The translations under genes and the position numbers were made by a program. This document shows positions 28,004 to 42,484 of a stretch of DNA of 64,000 nucleotides, piece by piece. Origin of the DNA: Octopus sinensis (Eukaryota); the NCBI RefSeq assembly GCF_006345805.1, contig NC_043012.1, positions 12,648,001 through 12,712,000 of the forward strand. Direction: 5' to 3'. Position 1 is the stretch's first letter. The number at the start of each line of letters is the position of its first letter. The notes beneath the pieces were generated by a model. That model was not told the origin of the DNA and made no database searches. It saw only the letters and a program-made list of their open reading frames with translations.

Positions 28004-28159
28004 CTGTAAAAAAATAATAATTACAATGCAGAAACGAAGCGTAGGTTACACCAATATTTGATATTCGCCTGCAACAATGTATGTACATATATATATGCAT
28101 TTTGTTCCCACACATTCACAGAAACACAAACACATAAACAAACACACACATATATATAT

Positions 28160-28298
28160 ATATATATGAACATACAGTCACAGGCACGCACTTTTGTATG
28201 TATGTATGCGTGTGTATGTATGTATATATATATATATATGTATAGAAAACTATCTATCTAGTTCTCCATATCTTTGGCTCTCTATCCGGCTATCTATG

Positions 28299-28354
<56 letters not shown>

Positions 28355-28621
28355 TATATATACATATACATATATATGTATGTATATAATGTATATAGAT
28401 ATGTGTGTGTGTGTGTGTATATATATATACATATATATATTATATATGTATGTGTGTATATATATACAATATATATATATATATGAACATACAGTCACAG
28501 GCACGCACTTTTGTATGTATGTATGCGTGTGTATGTATGTATATATATATATGTATAGAAAACTATCTATCTAGTTCTCCATATCTTTGGCTCTCTATCC
28601 GGCTATCTATGTATAATATAT

Positions 28622-28672
<51 letters not shown>

Positions 28673-28800
28673 CATATACATATATATGTATGTATATATG
28701 TATATAGATATGTGTGTGTGTGTGTGTGTATATATATACATATATATATATATATGTATGTGTGTATATATATACATATATATATATATATATGTATGTA
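28160..28800 (+). repeat. Tandem duplication, ~317-bp unit x2, in microsatellite
   Basis: atgaacatacagtcacaggcacgcac...gttctccatatctttggctctctatccggc at ~28166 and ~28483. Confidence 0.9.
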
Positions 28801-30908
28801 TATATATACATATATATATACATACATGTATATATACATGTTTATATATATATGTATATGCATATACGCACACACACATATATATATATATATAAACAAT
28901 CAATTTTTACCCTTAGCGCAATGATGAAAATATTTCAACGGCAAATTCGATACAGCTTTATTTTCATATTCCTGCAAAATCGATTATGCTTATCACCCTT
29001 TTAAGTTTGCTACGGTAAACATTAATTAGATAGTCGCTCTGATGGTTGAATTGACTACATGTCTGTGACTTTTTACTATTGCTGTGTCAATAAAGGAACT
29101 ACTTGTTCTGTATTAGCTGGTTCCCTCTTCTCTCTCGCTTTTATTCTTAGGAAAAAATGTGTATTTCGATCTAACGAAAGACGTGCTCTGATGGGTTTAA
29201 AATATTCGAAGCCCACCTCCAGTTACGACAGTGCAACACCGAATACATCCGAATTTATAGGCCAAGAAAAAATGAAGTAAATAGTAATCATTTAGAGGCG
29301 TCGAAATGAGGGAACGCTTCAGCTACAATAAACCAATCGAAAAATGATGTTAGATATAAAACAAAAACATATCAGTTGTCAGATTTTAGGTAAATGAATC
29401 ATTATTATTTCCGTTATTCCCAGTCCTGGTTTCAAATCCTGCCGCAGTCAGATTTCCATTCAATCCATTGTTGGGCCGATAAAATAAAGTACCGGTCAAG
29501 TACTAAGGTTAACGTGATCAATGAACTCTTTTCTTTTGGAATTGTTCGATTTGTACGTGATTTTGAAACCATTAATATGAAGAACAGTAAACTTGTAGAA
29601 TCGCTTGGGTTTTAGAAGAAATCTTTACCTTCTTTATTTATAATGTTTATGTCCTGAGTTCAAATCCTGACGAGAGCGACTTTTTTCGTTGCCTTTCGAT
29701 ATCGATAATAAAAGAAAATTTGTCAAATACACATATATAGGAACAAGCTAAGCGTGTTCTTAGCATAACTTTCAAGCAAGATTAACCTGACAGCATCTAT
29801 GAGAAGGCTTGTTCTAGAACTTCTGTCGGATAAAGTTGACCATGTCTTTTTAGAGCTCACGGAGGCCTACACATTTATGTATTTTGTGTGGAAGAAAAGC
29901 TTTTGTCCTAAATGCAAGAAGGCCTTTTGCATGTCAGCAAAGTCATTCGACGGAAAAGCCACCGCATCAGTGATGGTACAGCTCCGCCCCAATGTCCGCA
30001 TAAGTGTTAATTTCAGAACAGATAATACGAGACAATTTAACCGACGCCCCATGAATTCTGCCTAACAATAACAACAACCCGGGACTACTAATTTTTATGG
30101 ACTCCCAATGAATAATATTTAAAGTTGGTCACGGCGGGATTGGAACTAAGAATTCAGATAGCCGAAACAAATTCCACGACGCATTATACCAAATGCTTTA
30201 GTGACTCCAACAATTTCTCACCTCCTTTGAATTATAAGTACAATTTATCAATCCATCGATCCATCCCTCAATCTAACTATCCATCCATCTATCCATCCAA
30301 CCATCCATCGATCCATTCATCTACGCATCCATCCATCCTTCTATTCTTGCATGCCTCCATTCGTGCAAAGAGCTCACACAGAATGTCTGTATGCTTGATG
30401 TATACCCTGTATATGAAGGTAGAGCTTAAGATATTCCTTGGAACTATGCTGCGCAGAAGAATAATACTATCAATATAGTATCTGCCAAATCCATAATAAT
30501 TTGCAAACAATAAAAATTTGATGAGGATGACGAGGAAAACGAGAAGAGTATAACGTGGAGAATAATGATGTTCGTAAAGATAACAAATGCTGAATATGAA
30601 AGAAATATAATAAATGAAAGAAAATGATCCCCGTCAACGTAAGGCAGAGAAATAAAGAAAATATCTTCTGACTGCTTAGCTATAAGAAAATTTGATTGGA
30701 ACATGTGTAGGTGTAAGGAAATTTCTCGGCAAAAAAATGTAGTAAGAAAACATATTTAGTGGAAACGAAATACGAAACACAAAAAGGAAGAAAAGCAAAA
30801 AGAGCGAGATTTAAATGCAAATTCCATTATGTCATCATGTTGTGAATCATGTCTCATAATATACTGAAGTTAAAAGTATATATATATATGTGTGTATATA
30901 TATATATA

Positions 30909-30962
<54 letters not shown>

Positions 30963-30982
30963 TGTGTGTACGTGTACGTGTG

Positions 30983-31290
30983 TATTTCGTTTTGGGATTT
31001 GGTTTATATGATTTCTTATGTGAGTTCGTGTGTTGAAGCATAATTTGTTGTGTTTGGGCAGAGACATTTTCCTATAGTGCCTTATTATTTAACATACTCA
31101 CCGGTGCAGTTTCTATTCATTTAATTATTTAGTTTTTCTAAAATTTTAGTTTCATCTTTCAACATTTTCAGTAATCAACGACTATTGAAATGGTTGCAAG
31201 ACGCAACTAAAATTTTAGGAAAAGCAAATAAATGACTTGAAACTGGACCGGTGAATGTGTTCAATAATAATGGACCAAAAGAGAATGACT
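30983..31290. mobile_element. Fold-back repeat family copy (also 60030-60347, partial 3245-3390 and 62500-62785)
   Basis: Shared cactcaccggt arms and gactattgaaa.ggttgcaagacgcaac centre. Confidence 0.7.
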
Positions 31291-31304
31291 CTTCACATAT
31301 ACAG

Positions 31305-31353
<49 letters not shown>

Positions 31354-31683
31354 CATGAGGATATGCATGCGTCTAATTGTTTGTCCCCAACCCATCACTT
31401 GACAACCGATATCGGTCCCTGTATCTGGCGGTTCGGCAACAAGATAACGAATGAAATATTTAGGCTTAGAAAAAAACAATAGTAAAAAGAAAACGTATCA
31501 GGCACAATTTGTTTGGCTGAATCGTTTGGCTGCATGGACACAGCCTAAAAAATAAAACAAATTAAACAAATATGGATGATAAAATATGTATGTATGTCTG
31601 CATGTATGTATATGTACAGATATTCGTATTAATATATAGATTAGTATACATATACTCTTAAAACAAAACTCTGTGTTCAGCAG

Positions 31684-32132
31684 ATGGAACGACTCAACAC
31701 GACTATTCAAGAGAAAAGACGTAAGCAGCAGTATGGATTTCTTCGGCTGCCCTGCAACGCTCGTCCTCATATCGCCAATGTGACCAAGGAAGCTATTCAG
31801 ACCCATGGCTGGGAAATGCTGCCCCACCCGACATACTCTCCTGATTTGGCGCCAACGGATTTCCACCTCTTTCGTTCTCTTTTAAATGCTATGCGCGAGG
31901 TTTCGTTCAATACTGATGCAGAATTGAGAGATTGGTTGAATCAATCTTTCGAGTCGAAATCGGGTGATTTCTACCAACGAAGTATTGAAATTCTTTTGTT
32001 GAACGTTGGGAAGAAGTTGTAAACAACAAGGTTGAATATATTATTGATTAATTATGTGTTATTTTTTTTATTAAATCATTTAAAAAAATTTAATTTCAAA
32101 AAACAGCGGGAACATTATTGCCAACACAATAT
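31684..32132 (+). mobile_element. Mariner 3' fragment with right TIR
   Basis: NARPH..GWEMLPHPTYSPDLAPTDFHLFRSL; terminal attattgccaacacaa+TA. Confidence 0.9.
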
Positions 32133-33696
32133 ATTAGCACATGATTGCTCATTAATGTTAAAATTTTGAGGGTGTCACAATAATTTCAAGAACTTATTAC
32201 AGCGATTTAAATTGTGCGGCCAAATCGCCTGATTCCATCTTTATTGTGGCCACTTGTGTGATGGCGCTGGTTATGAGTTACGTTGCCATTTGCTTTTACA
32301 TTACGCAACAACAATAGCGAGTTGGCGTATCTGATTCACAGCGAATTCAACGAATGTATACATAAACATATACACATACCGTCTCTCTCAGACACACATG
32401 TATTCTGTGTATATACAGGATGTCTCTATTTTTATTATTTTAGTAACTGATAAAGAATCAATAATGACTTGCAATACGTTTGTGTACCGTTCCTGAATAT
32501 TGATTATTAATATGAAACTCAAAACATGACAACGACACAGGATCAGACAAGTAGGGTAGACTTCATTTGTTGCTCAACCATTTGTAAATGACTACCAAAT
32601 CTGTGCTAAATCATTCTCTGAAGTTTTTAAAATGATGAAGAATTTTTGGCTAATACAATACCGAATCTATCTAAAAATCACATATTTTCCTCGATTGAAG
32701 TCATTTTTAACCTCGTTTCGCTGGATCAGCATTAACAAAGTTTTAAGTAACAACAATAATTTATGGAAGACCACATATTTTGTTTTCCATGAACGTAATC
32801 GAAGCGTAAGTTTTAGATACAGCTATAACAGTAGGTTTGGTAGCATTTATTTACAGCATATTTTTATGTTTATTAATATGCTGTAATATAATATTCACAG
32901 ATGTATCTGCTTTGAGATTCATCATGCTAAAAAAGATGAGAATTATTTCACGTTCATTCAGATTCTAAATTCTTAAGACGTCAAGAATACACACAAACAC
33001 GCGCGTGTATATGAATATCTCTATTTTGTGTGCGTTTCCGGCAGATTCTAACAATGATTAAACGCAGATAGAACTACAACATGACCATTAAGCTAGGTCT
33101 CCGTGTCGAACAATCTTTAATATCATAATTGAAACAGCACATGGTTTCAATAATATACAAAAGAAAATCAATTTTTCAGTAAAACTATTTTATTAACGAA
33201 CTCCAATATCCAAGAGCAAGCTTCATTTCTAGATTAGTAAAAAAATTTTTTTTGTTTTTTCATTAAATAACGTACAAATAGCAATGTGTGTACATGCATA
33301 CACACTTCATATCAAAACTGCAAGTAGTGATCTCAGACGTTTGTTTCAAATAAATTCTTTAAATATCTTAAAGAAGCTGTAGTGGTATCTGCGTGAACAT
33401 ACAATCGTGATTTTAATATCATTCCCACACACCATGTCGTAAGAATAAAATCACAGCAACAGCGGATTCACTAAATTAAAGGCGAATTAGTATGAACGAA
33501 CTCAGTGTCACATATAATCAAATCCACTTTCAAATTATCTGAGAACTTCCCTAAACCTGAAACACAAGGCATGTTACATACACATGGAAGGAAGTCACAG
33601 CTGACCGAAACTTACTAAGTCTATAGATAGAAATATGACATGACCTGAATCGGAGTTTGAAAATATGTGTGTGTATGTATTTGTGTTTATATATAT

Positions 33697-33741
<45 letters not shown>

Positions 33742-35229
33742 GCATATAAATACTTATTTATACACACACAGACGCGCACATGACCACGCATAAACTCACA
33801 CTTATATGTACGTATGTATGTATGTATGTATGTAGGTAGGTTTCTGTGAATGAATGTACGTATATATAAAACTGTTTCACTTTCCTAATCAGCTGGCATT
33901 CCTCAGATTCCCACAGCCCTATAGTTGGAGAGAAGCAATTCTAAAGATGGGGTTCACAGCCGAAAATATTTTTATGTGCCAGTACTGTACACTAGATAAG
34001 ATAAACAGATAAACAGCCACGTATGATTTTTCGAAGAATACTACCGAAGCGAAAATTATATCCGGAAGTAGATTATCACATACACTGAACCATTTTTTGG
34101 ATGCAAGTTTTTTTGGGAACACATTTCTGAGTGGGTGTTCACATTTTGGGCTGTGTCACGGTATAAAGCAGAAGATTTGAAGTGTGACGTGATTAGTGTA
34201 AGAATCTCATCAGGAAATCGAGTAAATACACGCTGTTTCATAAAAACAAAAATCATAAATATATGTCTAGCAGTACACGCATGTTACTATGTTCTGAAGG
34301 TGGTATTATTTTGCATAGATTTACTATTTCAGAATGTTAGCATATCAATGTTCTTTGTTGCAGTTTCACCGAACACAATGTTTGAACAAGTATACCTATG
34401 AAGACATGTCGTAACTATTCTATAGTTATGCCACTCACTTTGTGGTGAAGATTATGTTAGCCATTTCTAACACGGCCAGATATGATTTGAGGGAGATTTG
34501 ACTGCTGTTTCTAACCACTGACCGACCAATTGAACAGGAAAATCCTTCCTCTTAATTATAAAAAACAATATTAATGAATAAGCTAATTTCAGAATGAACT
34601 TCTTAAACAATTATCGAGTTCACTATATCTTTAATAATACTAATAATTTATGTGGTATATCTTTTATTGATTATTAATTCATTTTTTTTTCTTTGTTTTT
34701 GGCTGTGGAGAGAGATGTAATGTCCCTTTTGATCTGGTTCATCCTGGAACTGAAAATTGAAATATTTACGTAGTGCCTACATTCAGCCTAATGGCTGATG
34801 ACAACAATAGTGAAATAAGAACCGGTAGAAGACGTGATTAATTAAGCATACTATTGTGCAGAGGATCAAAATGACTATCTAATACTATGCATGGCAATTG
34901 AATCATATTCAAAATGCCTAAGATATCGACACTTGCATGGTGTATTACCTGTAACGCTGAATCTCACCAGCGATCCTCTTAATTAAGAGCATGACCAACC
35001 ACAACTTAAAGATATCTTAACATTTTTTAATGAAGTGAGGCAGGGCGTTTTTCCAGGGCATCTTAGAACAGAAAACAAGTTTATCAGGCTGTGAAAGGAA
35101 GGAAAACTGGTCTGAAAAACCTAAGTAGTAAAAACACGCTACTTTTAAGTACATGTTGGCTTTTGGAAATCAGTCGGATGTTTGAAATGATGAAAACTTA
35201 ACAAAATTAGTATTATTTTCTTTGTTTTA

Positions 35230-35610
35230 CTTGTTCTAGTCATAGGACTGCGGCTATGCCGGGGCACAACACTGAAGAATTGTAGTTGTACCATTAAACT
35301 GCAGTACTTCTTACATTTTCAGCCTGGTAGGTATCCTGTCATTCTCTTTTGCTGAACCTCAAAGTTAAGGGGATGTAAACACACCAACACCGACTGTCAA
35401 GCAGTTATGGATGACCAACACAGCCAGAAAAGATACATGTACAAACATATGAGGGTTGTCTTTCAGTTTCCCGCTACCTATTCCCCCCAGAAGGTTTTGA
35501 TCAGATCGTGGCTACAGTAGACGTCACTTGCCGAAGATTCCACGTTGTAGAACCGGGCCTGGAAACATATGGCTGATAAGTAAACTTCTTATCACAAATC
35601 CAGGCCTGCA
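35230..35610 (-). mobile_element. Degenerate SINE of the 12036 family
   Basis: gtaaacacaccaacaccgactgtcaagc and cttgccgaagattccacg reverse-match the family. Confidence 0.65.
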
Positions 35611-38191
35611 AGGGTATGAAATAAAAATCACCTCATGACACTCTCTATAAAATTTAACATTTCTATAACAAATCCCTTGCCTGTGAAAGAGCATCAAGAA
35701 AGATAAACGACAGATGAAAACACAGTGATTATCAATGCTATTATTGATGCAATCGTCTCTTTGGAAATTTAACAAGTATTGCTATTTCAGAGTCGTCAGA
35801 GATATTTAGTTTTCATTTCCGCAAGTATAAATTAAGGCAATATTTTAAAATTTATGATGCCTGTTCTGTACGAGACATTACTTGAACAACTTTTATTACC
35901 GAGTGATTGAAGTCAATCATATCTTATTCACGATTTACAAAACTGACCTGACGCATTCTTTATCATGCCAGGTTCTTTCAGCGAAAATTGCTGAAATTTA
36001 GCTAAGTTCTTTGATTTAGCTATCAATTTTTCTGTTGACATCAACACAACTGAATAATTTTCTTTCATTTGCTGTATATAACAGTGTACGGTGCTGCAGT
36101 GGAATAGTTTATGGAATGCAGGAATTTCCTGGATCATTGAAATTTTTCGGCATTCCTCTTCCAAAGCTAAACCTTGGCTGTGCTAGTAGTGGCTGTTATG
36201 TTTAGTCTTACAATAGAGTAAGCATCATATTAAATGAAATAACATGTCTCAAGACAACGATTAGATTTTCCCGAACTGATGTTTTTACACACTGCCTTCC
36301 ACATGGTATAAATTTAACTCTAATCGACGTAGTAAGGGCCAATAACAAAGCTATGTATTTTTAGCTTTAGAGTAGCTGTACATTTTTTTCTGTCAGTTTA
36401 CCTCACTTTTCTGTAGTTATAAAGAAGCAACAAACAGAGTTATATCACATGTTCTGCAGTAGATCAAACGTATCACTATGATAATGATAGGCGTCAAGAA
36501 AAACAATAAGGGTCGTTTTCACAATTTATCAGCGCTGATTGTGGTTCTACAATGAATTTGGAGTGGTGAGATTAGAAAAAATAAAACACCATGCTACACA
36601 TTGAAGTTTACTGGAAACACTCGATATTTTCGCATATTCTAGAATAAATTGCTCAAAATATTTCCTATTAATTACTTTCTATTAATTAATTTATTTGTAG
36701 GAAAGTAGTCTAAATTTTGTAATTATTGCTCATTTGCTTCAATTGCTTAAAAAAATGCAAAATGTGCAATATTTCAATTAAAGATCTAACGTCCTTGCGT
36801 TTACATTTTAGTAATTTTGAAAAAAAGATAGAATATACATCAAGGTGTTAAAATTATTGCTATGTATGATGGTACCAGTTCTATTGATTGCTCATTCTAA
36901 TTTTCGAATCTGCGAACGTCGCCGTCGTAACCGACGAACTTTGTGCATCTTCCATCAATCAAATGTTCACAGAACACATAGTACACTACTAGAAGTTACT
37001 GTAGAATGTACTCACTACTATGCTTTAAGCTACTATCGAATCTGCCATCATGTGTTCGCTCAAACAAAAGTGTGTGAGCATACAGTATTTTGTTTTTCGA
37101 TGTATACTTTAACGTCATTCTCTTAACCGATATCTGCAAGCTCTATGTTAAATGAAAGCGATTTATCACACTGTACACGTACAGAGATGTCAAACGAAAA
37201 TTATATATAAGCATGAAAAAATATAATTTATTGCTTCTCATTATACGTAAAACATATGAATCAAAGAAATCATTTTATAGTTAGAGTACACAATATCCAT
37301 AATATGTGGTTGTGCTAATCCATTTTTTATCGTATTCTAGATGGTTTACAGTTAGCCAAAATGGTGTCGTTGTACTGAACGTTATATGCTGCTGCTGCTG
37401 GCATGTTATGTGTAAGAAGCCAATATTTGGAACTAACTGAGGTTACACCCGTGATGATAAGAAATAATCATTAAGTTAATGACCAATTATATAGTCAAGA
37501 AAAACAAAGGAGAAAATTCCGAAGACCTGTATTCGTTAAAATTAATTAACAAGTGTTTCGGAGCAGCATTGTATAAAATGTATCTGATCTTGATGGCATC
37601 ATGCAGGTTATATTTTGGCCTTATTGATTCTAAGGAAAAATATGGATATAATACCCAAGAAGTGATAGGACTGAAGTGATCGATCATGTGTGGGTTTACT
37701 ATAAGTTTGGAGTGTACACCTTGTACTCATATCTCATGTAAGCCAATTCATTGTAAACTCCTAGTTTCTACTAACTGGGAGTTCATATCTTAAAACTCTA
37801 TGCACACATTTTAAGTTTATGTCTTCTTCATAGAAAATATTGTTCCAGCATCAAAAGCCAAAGTCAATACCAGACATCTGATGAACTCCCATCACAACAC
37901 CCACATTGGAATCATCAAAGTTAATTTACTTGTCCGCTCGCTGGCCCTTAATTTAGAAATGAGTGGTAAAATAAATATTAATTGTTCTACATGATGGTGT
38001 TCAGATGAACTACAGGATGCATACAGCTAATGATTTCAAGGGAGATTATAATTAACGTCATAAGACCTATAGCTCTAGAATTCTGTGGACACTGATAGGC
38101 GAAGGAACCCATCGCCTTAATATAACTAAGAATATCATTAACACAACTATTATATATTACAACAGCTTCTATTAGTGTAGACATTTCATAT

Positions 38192-38224
<33 letters not shown>

Positions 38225-38939
38225 GCATTGAAAGTTAAGTCACAATAGATGGATTCGACTAATCTGGTGGTACTCATGAAAAGGTTCTTAACGTATCATT
38301 CTACAAAACAGAAAATATATTGTATGATACAAAACAAAAAGAAAATGATATACAAGAGAAAGATAGTTATATAGGCAACTAGTTTTTCTTTTGCAATTTA
38401 TTAATGATGAATTAGAGAAGATATAATTTCACGGTAACATAAGTAGATTTTAGTCCATGCTAGTTTCCCAAGCCTGATGTAAAATGCGACTAAAAGAAAG
38501 TGAGGTAGGATTTGCTCATCGACCTTGTAAAGCAATCAACTTTAACGATTACCAAAACAGAACGATGGGCTGGAGGGTTATGCAACGGCGTAATACGTGA
38601 AAAATAGAAGGGAATCATAAACAAATGGTGGATGCAGGGACGCACGACAAAGAAAACTTTAATTGAGAACGAGATTCATTATGTATATGCAACACAAACA
38701 CAATACTAATATTAGGGAGATTCCGCCAAGTTTGACTTCGCTTTTCATCCCTTTCAGGTAGATAAAATAAGTGGCAGTTGATCCCTTACCCGCTTTAATC
38801 TCAACCAGAATTGCTGGTCCTGTGCTAAAATTTGAAAGAATTAGTAGACAGAATATTTAGACATATGTGCAAAGTGCTTAACCAGAAATTCCTAGTCTTC
38901 CCATCTTATCTTTGTTCTCATAAGACAACAGTTGAAATA

Positions 38940-39155
38940 CAGATAATTCGTATTCTCGCCCAAGGCTTGCATACTCGACGTGGTGGGGGTGTCGATTAAA
39001 TCGAATCCACTGATCACATGGTACTGATTTTTTCGTCCCCAGCAGATGACAGGAACGTCGACACGTGTGGAATTTTAAATTCAGAGCGTAAAGATGAAAA
39101 AAATGCTGGTAAGCATTTTGCCCGTTTTGGTGACGATTCCAACAGCTCACTGCCT
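38940..39155 (-). mobile_element. Degenerate CORE-like SINE
   Basis: Similarity to the 545-712 copy (gtcgattaaatcga..ggtact..ggaattt..agcatttt..cagctcactgcc). Confidence 0.6.
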
Positions 39156-39652
39156 CAAATACGGATAAATATTGAAAATATTCTGATTGAAATATATCAC
39201 CTACAACTTAATAAACTATAACAGTATGGTGTATTTTTGCAACGGGTCCCACGCTAGAGTATGAAACCGTTACCAATCTTACACAAAAAATATTTTTAAA
39301 AACTGCAATTTCGAAACTGAGGACAGGCAGTAGCCAAATGCTTCTTAACTGCATTGCATTGAAGAGAACAACTAACGGATCATTTGCCGTTGGCATAGAA
39401 ACGTTTAAAATTTGAAAATGTATGCGTTCTTAAAAAAATTTCAGGAAAAAGCTGCCACTCAAAAACATATGTGATGTAACTCTTTATATTCAATATTCCA
39501 TTAGCACTGAAAAATATTCTAAAACAAAAACGAAAAATGAAATCAGCTAAGTAATTCTTTATTTTGATAATGTAACTTTTCTTAAATTGCATTTTTAACA
39601 TTTTCGTTCTCACATATTTTAAAATTTGTTCGTTATCTCTCTCTCATATATA

Positions 39653-39721
<69 letters not shown>

Positions 39722-40634
39722 AATATACATATCTGCATACACACACATATATGCGTACATAAATTTAAATGAATGTGTATGCATACAAATTAACTATTCA
39801 CGCATGTGCTTCTAATTACGTACACATATATAAGTACACGGACGCCTGTCTCTCACACACCACACACACACAGAAACACACACACACACACTCACATACA
39901 CACTCATACTTGGCATTTGAATGAATAGTGGAAGTTTTATATTTAAAAAAAAACGCTTTGGTATAAAGATAAAAATTAATAAAATGCTGGATGATTGCAA
40001 GTAACAAAGTTAATTACTCTATAATACATATTTTAATATAGAAATGATCAAATATTTCACAACTTTCTTTTTTATTTGACACGGTAGAAATGACATCAAT
40101 ATTTAATAAATCTATTGAGATGTCATCTGACAAAAATTACTGATGTTGTTGCGTCAGGAAAATATCTCATCTAATTGTAACTGTCGGCAATGTTCTGAAA
40201 TGTTCGCCTCAATTTTGTCATGTAGTTAGGTGTAAATTACTTGGCAGTTTAGACACAAATTGAGTCAAAATTGTTGAAAAATAATTGTTTAATTTAGCAA
40301 CAGCTGCATCCTTATTTATAAGAATTTCATACAAACACGGCTACCAGCGAGGAAATAGTCAATAGTTCAATGAATATCTTGTGAAATACAAATTAAGACA
40401 TGCACACACAACCGCACACATACACATACATTGGTATATAAAATCACATATACCTAAAGTTATATATACGTACTCACAAATGCATAGGCATGCATATACA
40501 TGAAGGTATATACATCGTATTATTCAACTAGGTTGCCTGTACAAGCTGGCCCTCAAAATACAGTTTACTACACTTTCAAAACACATCTACTGCATAAGTA
40601 AATGTTTCATTACTAATCTTAAAATTCAGACGGT

Positions 40635-40810
40635 ATACTAGCAGAATGATTAGTACGCCGGGCAAAATACCTAGCGGCACTTCGGTCGTCTTTAAAGTCC
40701 GAGCGCAACTTCTACCGTGGTCATCTTTGTCTTTCGTCCATTCGGGGTTAATAAAATAAGTATCAGTGAAATACTGGTTGTTAATGCGATCCACATTTCT
40801 TTCGCTCAAC
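40635..40810 (+). mobile_element. Degenerate CORE-like SINE
   Basis: gcagaatgattagtacgccgggcaaaatacctagcgg...ttcggggttaataaaataagta. Confidence 0.65.
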
Positions 40811-41183
40811 ATCAGCGATCTATTTTCAAAAGGTATTTAACCAATCAAATTTTCTCGAATTTACGTGATTCATACCAATACTTTATAGGGGTGAGTGTAT
40901 AATTTTAGAATGTATTATTTATGTATATGTACTTATTCACTTATCTGCATATACATACACACATATATATGCATGTATATAAGGTCGTACACGCTTGATG
41001 TGGACAAAATGTACGTCACGTATGAATGTTGACATTTACACATATGTGTGCATTTACACATATATACGTGTGTGGTTCTTTATTTGTATTCATTTGCGTG
41101 AATTGATGCGCATACTTTTATCCCCGTGTATGTTTGTGTGTGTTTATATATATATATATATTTAGATGCGTATATCTACTTAT

Positions 41184-41262
<79 letters not shown>

Positions 41263-41989
41263 GCACTGAATTAAAAGGCGAATGCTTTTGACCGGTGTTA
41301 ATATATGTTTATATATTATATATTAATATTAGCCATAAAATAATACTCAGTCGGCTGTGCATTTCTAAAATGCAGCAGATAAAAAAAAACTAAAGGTATA
41401 TCTTCTTTCTATTCATATGAAGAGATTTTGCCTTCTATAATGATCATAATAATTGCTTTCTAATATTTTGGTCTTAATTGCTGTAAGTGCCTGTGTTTGA
41501 TTTTTGCAGATAATACATTTCTATTAAATACTATATCACCATTTTCTTACTTTCTCTTGAATGATTATAAAATATGGTATATATATATATATATACACCT
41601 AATGCTTTTTGAATATTAATATTCTCTATAGGTTGTAGGTATCGGACATGTAATTCATTGGATGATACCATTCTACTGGCTGGTTGGATTAAATATGACG
41701 ATTTTTTTCTGTCTTATATTTTATTTCAGAAACGGTGAGATGTATTAATAAACATTCCACGGCCTTGAGGAGCATGAAGATGATGGCTCTAGTTGAGAAA
41801 ATGTTAGCTGATATGGCGGACGGGAAGCCAAATGGATACTTTAAAAGATTTACCTGTACCATGAGTATTCGTGCAGCGTATAAAAAGCCCGATAACTTGG
41901 CTGGAGCTCTGTGAACAATATAAATGCTGTAATATGGGCATCATCAACTGCAACCGTGACTGGTGAGCCGTTGCCAGCAGGAGGAGAAA

Positions 41990-42484
41990 CAGCAGGTGCT
42001 CTTGCTATGGCCTCACACCGAAATCCGTCTCCACATATTTGAACAGGCACATATGCTCAATTCATACTACTATGTCAAGCTGTTGGAAACTGTGGTCAAG
42101 TCCTAGCTGGAAAGGGTTGCTACATGCAAACCATACGTGTGGCAGCAGAATTCGTCTCCAACCACACCTCTGGAAAGAGTCAGAAGAGGTTGTTGGAGAA
42201 TTTTTACGATTTCAATAGCTTCAACTTCTGGTTCCGAAGGTCGATATTGTGACAAAGATCAAGGAGCTTTTGGAATACCTTACTATGGACACAGAGAAGA
42301 AATCTTGTGCCACGTTTCGGGGCTGTCTTGAGGCATGGTTGAAGATAATCGCATTTACTTTGAATAAACTGTTATCTCCCAGTTATAATCTAGTTGATTA
42401 TTTTGTAATACTTTATTTTTGGAGGGCATATTTTGTTTCATTTCACTCTTAGGCAAACTGTCAAATTTAACCCGAACACCATTG
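41990..42484 (+). mobile_element. maT/Tc1-mariner (DD37D-like) 3' remnant
   Basis: YVKLLETVVKS*LERVA.CKPYVWQQNS..HTSGKSQ..L.ENFYDF..FW; KSCATFR..LEA; terminal tgtcaaatttaacccgaacacc. Confidence 0.7.

Noticed and set aside
29799-30065. 88-aa ORF with CPKCKKAF
   Set aside because: No second zinc-ligand pair, no convincing splice context, and length within chance expectation
37987-38190. Minus frame CPQNSRAIGLMTL resembling CPTNSTAVILTRL of the 16.8-kb exon
   Set aside because: Similarity is limited to a few residues; likely coincidence without further paralogous exons
41730-41915. 61-codon plus-strand frame after a strong acceptor, and overlapping minus ORF 41850-42050
   Set aside because: Abuts or overlaps a maT remnant and resembles decayed transposase sequence; no independent support
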